63,654 nt of DNA from positions 1-63,654 of the forward strand of contig JBAXTC010000001.1 of NCBI GenBank assembly GCA_037130375.1. The letters are read 5' to 3'. Both the position numbers and the translations under genes were made by a program. Of this stretch, positions 1 through 7,934 are shown in pieces (the stretch's first letter is position 1; each line of letters opens with the position of its first letter). Below the pieces are notes generated by a model. The model did no database searches, was not told the DNA's origin, and saw only the letters and a list, made by a program, of their open reading frames with translations. Source of the DNA: Verrucomicrobiota bacterium. GTDB lineage: Bacteria > Verrucomicrobiota > Verrucomicrobiia > Limisphaerales > UBA8199.

Positions 1-4
1 CCAA

Positions 5-45
5 CCTGCCGTATCGCCGACTTTCAGTCGGCAGACCGTCCGAAG
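5..45. repeat. REP-like GC-rich hairpin element at window edge
   Basis: GCCGAC (16-21) pairs with GTCGGC (27-32) around a TTTCA loop. The region is non-coding. The flavour (CTGCCG...CGGCAG) matches other hairpin repeats in the window. Confidence 0.35.
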
Positions 46-202
46 GCTCCCCACCCCCGACAAAACAAAACCTCGAAAACCGCGCCGCCATCAGCTAAAA
101 CATCCCAACGTTATGGCAAGACCGTGCGGAAAACTTGAGACCATGCTCCGAAGGCAACCGAACGTGGCGGCGATGCACCGCCATTACCCGGTGGACTAAG
201 CG

Positions 203-3013
203 ATGAATCTGCACGACCTCATCGAGCGCGCTGCCTTCTCCTGGATGGACCAGGAAAAGGCCAACAGCCAGTCCCTGCCAGGGCAAATCACCGCCCAGGT
301 CGAAAGTGTCGGCAAACTCAGGCTCCCCCAGCGCGAGGCAATCGCGATTTACCTCTGGCTGAAATTCCCTGGCCAGAACCGTTCCCTTGCCGAAATCATT
401 CGGGCTGGCCTGCTACGAGACCAGTGCGACCAGCATCCGGCACTCGCGGCCAACCCAACCTCCGAGTTCCTCCACCAGTTCGCCAAAGAGAACGGCCTCA
501 AAAAGCTCGCCGACATGGTCAAAGACGACCCCCTCGGTCAAAAATACGACTGGACCCTGTTCCTGAACGCCCTTTTGCACGATTTCACCTACCCCAACTG
601 GTTGTTCAGTTTGCCGATGGGTGCAGGCAAAACGTACCTCATGGCGGCGTTCATTTATCTCGATCTCCATTTCGCCCGCCTTCACCCAAAGGATCCCCGG
701 TTCGCCCACAACTTCGTTGTCTTCGCCCCGCAGGCCTCAAAAACAGCCATTCTCCCCTCGCTCCAGACCATCCGCGACTTCAACCCGTCCTGGATTCTGC
801 CGAACGCCGACGCTGCCGAACTCAAGCGCCTCATCCATTTCGAGATTCTGGACAGCCTCAGCTCGAAACGCCGCGACAAGCTCCACGGCAACAATCCAAA
901 CCTCGAAAAGGTAAACCGGCTCACCCAGACCAACGACTTTGGTCTCGTCTTCATCACCAACGCCGAAAAGGTGGTCATGGAAAAGCTTTCCCCAGAAGAT
1001 CAGCTCCTGGCGGACCCCGAGAGCCTCTACTACGACGAGAACAAGGCTGCCGAAGTGGTGAAAATCAATGCCTTGCGCGAGAAACTCTCCCTGATTCCCC
1101 AACTCTCCGTTCTGCTCGACGAAGCCCACCACTTCTTCAGCGGCTCCGGGGAGGACGAAAAGCGGCTCAAAGTCGCCGTGGACGTGCTTAATCAACATGG
1201 CAACGTCACCACCGTTCTAGGCTTCTCTGGCACGCCCTATCTAAAGCATCAAATTCTCATCGCCGGCAGCAAGGTCAAACTGAACCAGATTCAGCTCATC
1301 ACCTACCACTACTCCCTTGCCGACGGCATTGGCCGCTTTCTCAAGGTTCCCGAGGTTATCGGCGAAAATGTCGCCGCAGATCAGTTTGTCGATAACGCGC
1401 TGTGTCGCTTCTTCCAGAACTTCGACCGCATCTACCCGAACGGTGCGCCGAGCAAGATCGCTTTCTACTGCCCCAGCATTGAAAAGCTCAATACGGAAAT
1501 CCTCCCCGCCGTTCATGCCTGGTATGCGGCCAACCGGCCAGGCCGCGACGCTGACGAAATCTTCCGCTTCTATCGCGGCGTCAAGAAGTCGCAGAAGCGC
1601 TGGGCCCTCCCCAAAGACAGCGACGCCATATTTCACAACCTCGACCAGCCCCACATAAACAAACGCGTCATTCTGTTGGTCGCCATCGGGACCGAAGGCT
1701 GGGACTGCAAAAGCCTCACCGGGGTTGCCCTCCCACGTCGGGAGACGACCAAGAATTTCGTGCTCCAGACGACTTGCCGATGCCTCCGGGAAGTTGTGGA
1801 CGCCAGGAACGAGACCGCCCTCATCGCTCTCGGCGAAGGAAACTACAAAACCCTGGACGACGAGCTCCGCGACAACTACGATATCACCATTGCCGACCTG
1901 CGCGTCCGAGCCGACCAGGCTGTCAACGTCCTGGTTCGCAAGCCCAAGCTTGGAAAAGTCCGCTTCAAAAACGTCTGCCGACGTTACACCATCATCCGCG
2001 AGGAGCGGGACCGCAACGTCGCCGCCCAACTTGCCTCATTTGATTTCGGCATCCTGCGGCAGCAATACCCATTTACCCCCACTCTAACGGAGGCCCAGAT
2101 CGGCAAACGCGGTTTGACCAACGCCACCACGCATATCTCCTCCACCGAGGCCACCCGCCATCGTCTCGCCTTTCGAGATTTCCTTTTCAGCCTCGCCCGC
2201 GCCACCTGGGGCTGCTTGTCAGAGGCAGACCTCGTTCGCGCGCACGCGCCCGCGCTCCAATCCATCCACGCCCAGATAAAAACCCACCTTGGATGGATCG
2301 CCCTGCACCCCGACCTGACGCTCGACGATGTCGTCGCCTTCACCGCCTCCCTACTGACAGAGAATATCCGCGTCCATGCTGAAGACATGGAGGAGAACAC
2401 GGAAATTGAACTGCTTGACTGGCGCATGGACCCGGCCCCAAGCATCTCTTGGACGAGCGGCAAGTTTCTGCCCGAGTTCCGTCCGCACGAGATTCCCTCG
2501 CTGAATAAACGCCCACATTATCTGACGGACAAGCTCGATGACCAAAGTCTCGACAAGCCGGACCTGACCTTCAACTACCTGCCCTATCGGTTCGACTCCG
2601 CTTACGAGTTGGACGCCCTCAAGGAATTGCGCCGGCTCGCGGAACTGCGCGGGCTGGAGTTTTACTACAACGGCTACCGCCACGGTCAGCTCCAGGCGCT
2701 CGTCATCCGCACCCCGTACGGCAGCTACACGCCCGACTTCCTGATCCTTAAGCGGAACCCGCTGGACAAGCCCTACCGCCACCAACCGAACCAGCAGCCC
2801 GACACCGCCGCCGGCCAGATAGAAAAAGTCCTTATCCTCGAAACCAAGGGCCGAAAGTTTTACGACGACGATTTCAAAGCCAAAGAGAAGTTCGTCAAAG
2901 ATGTCTTCCTCAAGCACAACCCCCATTTTCAATACCGCTGCTTCGTGGACGAGGACGACAACGATTTCTCCCGCCACCTTGAAGAGGTAAAGAAGGAAAT
3001 TCAGCGCCTATGA
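203..3013 (+). CDS. res: Type III restriction enzyme Res-like subunit (SF2 DEAH helicase + C-terminal PD-(D/E)xK nuclease)
   Basis: 936-aa ORF. Helicase motifs read directly: I 'LPMGAGKTYLMAAF', II 'LLDEAHHF', III 'GFSGTP', 'IGTEGWDCKSL' and 'QTTCRCLRE'. C-terminal nuclease-like 'YTPDFLILKR...VLILETKG' (D...ExK). The stop overlaps the next start (ATGA). Confidence 0.8.
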   Translation: MNLHDLIERAAFSWMDQEKANSQSLPGQITAQVESVGKLRLPQREAIAIYLWLKFPGQNRSLAEIIRAGLLRDQCDQHPALAANPTSEFLHQFAKENGLKKLADMVKDDPLGQKYDWTLFLNALLHDFTYPNWLFSLPMGAGKTYLMAAFIYLDLHFARLHPKDPRFAHNFVVFAPQASKTAILPSLQTIRDFNPSWILPNADAAELKRLIHFEILDSLSSKRRDKLHGNNPNLEKVNRLTQTNDFGLVFITNAEKVVMEKLSPEDQLLADPESLYYDENKAAEVVKINALREKLSLIPQLSVLLDEAHHFFSGSGEDEKRLKVAVDVLNQHGNVTTVLGFSGTPYLKHQILIAGSKVKLNQIQLITYHYSLADGIGRFLKVPEVIGENVAADQFVDNALCRFFQNFDRIYPNGAPSKIAFYCPSIEKLNTEILPAVHAWYAANRPGRDADEIFRFYRGVKKSQKRWALPKDSDAIFHNLDQPHINKRVILLVAIGTEGWDCKSLTGVALPRRETTKNFVLQTTCRCLREVVDARNETALIALGEGNYKTLDDELRDNYDITIADLRVRADQAVNVLVRKPKLGKVRFKNVCRRYTIIREERDRNVAAQLASFDFGILRQQYPFTPTLTEAQIGKRGLTNATTHISSTEATRHRLAFRDFLFSLARATWGCLSEADLVRAHAPALQSIHAQIKTHLGWIALHPDLTLDDVVAFTASLLTENIRVHAEDMEENTEIELLDWRMDPAPSISWTSGKFLPEFRPHEIPSLNKRPHYLTDKLDDQSLDKPDLTFNYLPYRFDSAYELDALKELRRLAELRGLEFYYNGYRHGQLQALVIRTPYGSYTPDFLILKRNPLDKPYRHQPNQQPDTAAGQIEKVLILETKGRKFYDDDFKAKEKFVKDVFLKHNPHFQYRCFVDEDDNDFSRHLEEVKKEIQRL

Positions 3014-5079
3014 TCCGCAATCTCTACACGCCCCTGCCGTACACCATCGCGCCCGCCCGAGGGCAGGCTCTCCTCGCCTTCCAGGGCCGTCGGATGCCCG
3101 ACCACCTGCCGCTGTTCGAGACCACCAAGGTCGAGGAAGTCCGACCCGCGAGCCAGACACTTCCGGCCGCTGCGGCGCAGGCGGCGTCAGGCCCCAACCT
3201 CTTGCTGCATGGAGACTGCCTGTCAGCCTGCGCCTACCTCAAAAGTCAGAACATCACAATTGACCTCGTTTACATCGACCCGCCATTCGCCAGCGGCGCA
3301 AATTACGCCAAGAAGATCGCCCTCAGGAATGCCGGCGGAACGGGAATCGAAGGTGCGGACGCCGCAATCGGGGAAGAGATCATGTACGGCGACATCTGGC
3401 AGAAAGAAGACTATCTTAACTGGCTTTACGAGCGCCTGCTGGCAATCCGCGAAGTCATGACCGAGACCGGCTCCATCTATGTCCACCTCGATTGGCACAT
3501 CGGGCCGTATGTCAAGGTTCTGTTGGACGAGGTTTTCGGCGAGGACAACTTCGTCAATGAGATCGTTTGGCAAAGGTTCAACTTCCACGCTGACGCACAG
3601 CGCTTCGGGATAGTCCACGAAACCATCTTCCTCTACGCCAAGACGGAAGACTATCTCTTCAATAAACTATACGTTCCATTTAAGCAGTCCTACATCGAAA
3701 GTCATTTCACAGGAAGAGATCCAGACGGGCGCGTATTCAGGCTGGACAACCCAACGGCACCTTCCCATGGCCGCGAAGGTAATGAGCTAAGGTTTGGCGA
3801 CAAGACCCTTGCGCCCCCCGCTGGCGCTATGTGGCGGTATAGCCAGGAAAATGTGGACAGGCTGATGGCCGAGGGCCGAATCGTATTCACCGGAACAGGC
3901 ATGCCAGCAGTGAAGCGCTACCTGGATGAACTTCCTGGGACGGCGGTTCATACGCTTTGGACCGACATCGACCCTGTAAACTCGCAGGCACAGGAACGGT
4001 TTGATTACGTTACTCAGAAACCCGAAGCCTTGATCGAACGTGTTATCAAAGCATCCTCCAATGAAGGCATGACCATCGCAGATTTCTTCAGCGGCAGTGG
4101 CACAACCGCTGCAACGGCCCACAGAATGGGCCGTCGTTTCATCGCAAGCGACATCGGACAAAACGCCATCCAGGTCTCGCGTGACCGCCTGGCCGCCGCC
4201 GGCGCAACCTTCGACATCCTCAAGATTCAGGACGGTATCCGACTCTTCCGCAACCCAGCCCAAACCGCCGCGAAGATTTTCAGCCTTGTCGAAGGTTTCA
4301 AGAAGCGCGACGATCTCGAACTCGGCGAGTTTTGGGACGGTGGCATCCCCGGACCGTCTGGTCGCTACGTCCCCGTCAAATTCGTTGGCCTCCAAGAGCG
4401 GCTCACACCAGCCCTCCTGGACATGTTCCTCGAAGAAGTTTATCAGCTCGAAACGGACGACCGGGCCGAGGGCATCAAACTCATCTATGCCCACCGAGAC
4501 ATCCAGATCGATCAGCGCTATATCAATCAGCGCCTCCGACAGAGCGGCAAAACCCAGCTCAAAGTCGAACTCATTAGCCTCAACCAACTTCTCGACCGCA
4601 AAGGAGCGAGCCTGTTCACCACCGACAGCGTGGTGGTGGACGTCCAAGCTGCTGGCAGCGAGTGGGATGTTGCAGTCACTCATTACTTCAGTCCCTATCT
4701 CAAGGCGAAGATCGACGAGTTCAACGCCAAGAAAGGCAAACGCAAGGACGCCGAGTTGCTCGAAGAGAATGGAAACGGAGCCGAGAACGGCAACGGCGGC
4801 TCCAACGGCGGCGAGGTGCCCAAGCCAGCCACCCCATTTAAACCGATAGCCATCAGCGAAGCAGGGCTCGAGCTGGTCGAAGCGATCCAGTTCGACACCA
4901 CCCTGCGGCCCGACGGTGTCTGGATTAGCAATTCTGCGCTCGAAGACAAAGCCGGCCCCAAGGAAAAAGTCAGAGGCCGATACCGCCTGCCCGTGAACCG
5001 TTTCAAAATGAAGCTTCGCAACATCGTAGGCGACGAAATTACATTGGAGTTTCCCGCCACAGCGAATGCGGGCACTTGA
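3010..5079 (+). CDS. mod: Type III Mod-like beta-class DNA methyltransferase (N6-adenine/N4-cytosine type)
   Basis: 689-aa ORF. Motif IV 'DLVYIDPPF' (~aa 90) precedes motif I 'ADFFSGSGTTAATAH' (~aa 360), with a variable region between them. After motif I comes a long C-terminal extension containing the low-complexity stretch 'EENGNGAENGNGGSNGGE'. Confidence 0.88.
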   Translation: MIRNLYTPLPYTIAPARGQALLAFQGRRMPDHLPLFETTKVEEVRPASQTLPAAAAQAASGPNLLLHGDCLSACAYLKSQNITIDLVYIDPPFASGANYAKKIALRNAGGTGIEGADAAIGEEIMYGDIWQKEDYLNWLYERLLAIREVMTETGSIYVHLDWHIGPYVKVLLDEVFGEDNFVNEIVWQRFNFHADAQRFGIVHETIFLYAKTEDYLFNKLYVPFKQSYIESHFTGRDPDGRVFRLDNPTAPSHGREGNELRFGDKTLAPPAGAMWRYSQENVDRLMAEGRIVFTGTGMPAVKRYLDELPGTAVHTLWTDIDPVNSQAQERFDYVTQKPEALIERVIKASSNEGMTIADFFSGSGTTAATAHRMGRRFIASDIGQNAIQVSRDRLAAAGATFDILKIQDGIRLFRNPAQTAAKIFSLVEGFKKRDDLELGEFWDGGIPGPSGRYVPVKFVGLQERLTPALLDMFLEEVYQLETDDRAEGIKLIYAHRDIQIDQRYINQRLRQSGKTQLKVELISLNQLLDRKGASLFTTDSVVVDVQAAGSEWDVAVTHYFSPYLKAKIDEFNAKKGKRKDAELLEENGNGAENGNGGSNGGEVPKPATPFKPIAISEAGLELVEAIQFDTTLRPDGVWISNSALEDKAGPKEKVRGRYRLPVNRFKMKLRNIVGDEITLEFPATANAGT

Positions 5080-5099
5080 CAAACCTGTGTTTTTCAACT

Positions 5100-5340
5100 C
5101 GGCTAGCCGGGATGCGCGGAGTTTGAACAACACCTCGAGCAACTTGGCGACGACATGGAAGTGCAGGCCGATGCTGGGCTCGTCGAGACATCGATAACCA
5201 AACGATCCACGACCGCCTCAATCGTGTGAGTTTCTTTTGGGTCGAGTTTGATGCGTCGTCGTGGCAAAAATGATTCTCGCACTCGATGGCCTTATGTAAG
5301 TGCCATTTCTCCGAAAGGGTGTCGCATAACCCGCTTGCGT
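5100..5340 (-). pseudogene. Decayed 3' fragment of a uvrA-like ABC ATPase gene
   Basis: Minus-strand translation of 5106-5190 reads 'CLDEPSIGLHFHVVAKLLEVLFKLR'. This matches the UvrA Walker-B/D-loop signature (LDEPTTGLHFxDIxxLLxVLxxL). Up to ~5340 there are only frame-shifted traces ('DTLSE', cf. TLSGGE). No intact ORF. Confidence 0.5.
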
Positions 5341-5371
5341 TTCGATCCATATCGCTGTAATTAATGTCATT

Positions 5372-6505
5372 GTGAAGTATTTGTCTTACAGACTGTGGAA
5401 TTCGACGCCGGCGGGTTGGGCGCTCGTGCTGTCCCTGGCGATTTTGGCGGGGTGCGGCCGTAACGATATTCAAGTTTACCGGGTGGCTAAAGAAGCATCG
5501 CCCGCCCCGCCTGCTGCCCTGCCGTCGGGCCATCCCGATACTTCCGGTGCTGCCACGCCAACCCTTAAGTACAAACTGCCGCCAGGCTGGCAGGAAGTCG
5601 CCCCGGGCGAGATGCGCGTAGCCTCGTTTCGTGTTCCGGGCGAGGGCGGTAAACTGGCGGACGTGAGTGTGATCCCTTTGCCCGGCCTGGCCGGCGGCGA
5701 TCTGGACAACGTTAATCGTTGGCGCGGGCAGGTGGGGCTAAAAGGCGTATCACAGGACGAGTTGCTTAAACTGGCGCAAGCGATTGAAATTGACGGCAAA
5801 CCCGGGCAGCTTTACGAACAGGCAGGGGAAAATCCCGGTTCGGGCGACAAGAGCCGCATCCTGGCGGCAATCACCCGGCGAGAGGGCGCGGCGTGGTTTT
5901 TCAAAATGACCGGCGACGACGGGCTGGTCGCCCAGCAGAAGACCGCGTTCATCGCCTTCCTGCAGTCGGTTACTTTCCCGGCAGCGATGGCGCAATCCGA
6001 GCTGCCGCCCTCCCATCCTCCAATTGGCGGCGGGAGCATGGCGGGGCAAGCCGCCCCCGCGGTTGCTTCGGGCCAGGACAAGCCGAACTGGCAGGTGCCG
6101 GCGGGCTGGCAGGAGGTTTCTGGCGGACAATTCCTCGTGACCAAGTTTCTCATCAGCGGCGCTGACACCGCGCAGGCCGCAGTCAACGTCAGCATGTCCG
6201 CCGGCGACGGCGGCGGCCTTCTGGCCAATCTCAACCGCTGGCGGGGCCAGCTCGGCCTCGCGCCAGTGACCGAGGCGGACTTGGCAAAACAGGTCCAGCC
6301 GCTGGATGGAGCTGCCAGCAAAGCCATGCTGGCGGAAATGACCGGCACCGACCCCAAGACCGGACAAAAGGCGCGTCTGTTGGCTGCGATTGTGCCCCAG
6401 CCGCAGCAAACCTGGTTCTACAAGTTGATGGGGAACGAACAGATCGTCGAACGCGAAAAGGAAGCGTTTGCTAAATTCGTGCAGTCTGCAAAGTACCATG
6501 AATAA
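5372..6505 (+). CDS. Lipoprotein with internally duplicated domain, function unknown
   Basis: 377-aa ORF (GTG start) with a signal peptide and lipobox 'LAILAGC'. Two paralogous segments: 'PPGWQEVAPGEMRVASF...NVNRWRGQVGLKGV' and 'VPAGWQEVSGGQFLVTKF...NLNRWRGQLGLAPV'. The stop overlaps the ccsB start by 8 nt. Confidence 0.7.
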   Translation: MKYLSYRLWNSTPAGWALVLSLAILAGCGRNDIQVYRVAKEASPAPPAALPSGHPDTSGAATPTLKYKLPPGWQEVAPGEMRVASFRVPGEGGKLADVSVIPLPGLAGGDLDNVNRWRGQVGLKGVSQDELLKLAQAIEIDGKPGQLYEQAGENPGSGDKSRILAAITRREGAAWFFKMTGDDGLVAQQKTAFIAFLQSVTFPAAMAQSELPPSHPPIGGGSMAGQAAPAVASGQDKPNWQVPAGWQEVSGGQFLVTKFLISGADTAQAAVNVSMSAGDGGGLLANLNRWRGQLGLAPVTEADLAKQVQPLDGAASKAMLAEMTGTDPKTGQKARLLAAIVPQPQQTWFYKLMGNEQIVEREKEAFAKFVQSAKYHE

Positions 6506-7835
6506 GCAGGACCGGCCTTCATCAGGGGACGGCCTGACGCCCGTTGCGCCGTCCCAGGGCCCGGCTTTGGCGGAGAAATCTAGAGAAGGCGTGTCGTTTG
6601 CGGGGGACTTTCTCGACGGACTCCTCAACCGCATGATCGCCTTCTTCACCTCCATTCGGCTCACGGTCGTTTGCCTCGCGTTGGGACTGGTAGTGGTCTT
6701 TTTCGGCACCATGGCGCAGGACCCGATCGGCCTATACCTGGCCCAGGAAAATTTCTTCCGCTCGTTCTTCGTGTCGGCGGCGCCGATGTGGGCGGCCATT
6801 AAGAAGACGCTGGAGGTCTTCCACTTTTATCTGCCGCCGTCCACAGCCGCCGACGTGATGCACGGACCCAGGTTTCCCGTGTTTCCCGGCGGCTATCTCA
6901 TCGGCGGGTTGCTGCTCATCAATCTCCTGGCTTCCCACTTCAAGCGCTTTTCCTTCGCCGCCAACAAGGCCGGCATCTGGATGGTCCATGCCGGCTTGAT
7001 TCTACTATTGATCGGCCAGCTCGGCACCGACATCCTCTCGCGCGAAACCTCGCTCCACCTGCGCGAAGGCGAGTCGAGGAACTACTCCGAAACCCAACGC
7101 GAAGCCGAACTTGCGGTGATTGATGCCACCGATTCCGATGCCGACAAAGTCGTCGTCATCACCCAAGGCTCGTTGATGAGCCAGAAATTAATCCAGCATC
7201 CTGAGCTGCCCTTTACTGTGCGGGTGAAGGAGTTCTACCCCAATTCAGTCGTGGAGAATCGCGCCGCCGGCTCGGCCGCCCCCCCCGCTGCGACGCAAGA
7301 TATTGGTGCTCATGCCATCGTAAAGGAATTGCCCCGAGTCACCGACATGGAGACGCGCGATGTCCCCAGCGCAGTGGTGGAAATCGTGACCTCGCAAGGC
7401 TCTCGTGGCACGTGGCTGGTCTCCGAATACATCGACAAAACCCAGAATTTCACCTGCGACAATCGGACCTATCAGCTCGCCATGCGGCCGCGCCGACATT
7501 ATAAGCCGTATAGCATTCAGCTTATGAAGTTTCAGCATGATATTTACGCTGGGACGGATATCCCCAAGAATTTCTCGAGCCGTATCTTGTTGGAACGGCC
7601 GGAAACCGGCGAGAAGCGCGAGGTGCTCATCTACATGAACAATCCGCTGCGGTATGGCGGGGAGACCTACTACCAGGCGAGCTTTGACCAGGACAATCAG
7701 GGCACGATTCTGCAAGTCGTCCACAACCCGAGCTGGCTCACACCCTACTTCTCCTGTGTCCTCGTCGGCATCGGCCTGGTCGTCCAGTTCGCCATCCACT
7801 TGCTCGGGTTTACGACCAAACGGAAACCCGCATGA
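6498..7835 (+). CDS. ccsB: Cytochrome c biogenesis protein ResB/CcsB (System II)
   Basis: 445 aa from ATG 6498 ('MNKQDRPSS'). N-terminal TM segments, a large soluble loop, the conserved 'NNPLRYGGETYYQASFD' and a terminal TM helix. Lies directly upstream of ccsA. Confidence 0.85.
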   Translation: MNKQDRPSSGDGLTPVAPSQGPALAEKSREGVSFAGDFLDGLLNRMIAFFTSIRLTVVCLALGLVVVFFGTMAQDPIGLYLAQENFFRSFFVSAAPMWAAIKKTLEVFHFYLPPSTAADVMHGPRFPVFPGGYLIGGLLLINLLASHFKRFSFAANKAGIWMVHAGLILLLIGQLGTDILSRETSLHLREGESRNYSETQREAELAVIDATDSDADKVVVITQGSLMSQKLIQHPELPFTVRVKEFYPNSVVENRAAGSAAPPAATQDIGAHAIVKELPRVTDMETRDVPSAVVEIVTSQGSRGTWLVSEYIDKTQNFTCDNRTYQLAMRPRRHYKPYSIQLMKFQHDIYAGTDIPKNFSSRILLERPETGEKREVLIYMNNPLRYGGETYYQASFDQDNQGTILQVVHNPSWLTPYFSCVLVGIGLVVQFAIHLLGFTTKRKPA

Positions 7836-7855
7836 CCCCGTCAACGCGGAACACC

Positions 7856-7911
7856 TTCACGCATCACGCATCACGCATCACGCATCACACATCACGCATC
7901 ACGCATCACGC
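7856..7911. repeat. Heptanucleotide tandem repeat (GCATCAC), about 8 units
   Basis: Read directly as 'gcatcac gcatcac gcatcac gcatcac acatcac gcatcac gcatcac gc', between the ccsB stop (7835) and the ccsA ATG (7935). Confidence 0.9.
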
Positions 7912-7934
7912 CCCGCCTCAAAAAGGACAATCTT

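Noticed and set aside
3787-5142. 451-aa minus-strand ORF antisense to the methyltransferase gene. Similar long antisense ORFs lie at 5750-6799, 30525-31442, 34571-35857, 44891-45739, 45973-47112, 52489-53619 and 59298-60602.
   Set aside because: Each lies opposite a CDS with clear family motifs and has a low-complexity composition typical of antisense frames in high-GC DNA. No independent start or RBS evidence.
5039-5533. 164-aa minus-strand ORF between mod and the lipoprotein gene
   Set aside because: It mixes frames of the decayed uvrA-like relic and overlaps the lipoprotein start. It has no start context or motif continuity, so it is better explained as pseudogene debris.
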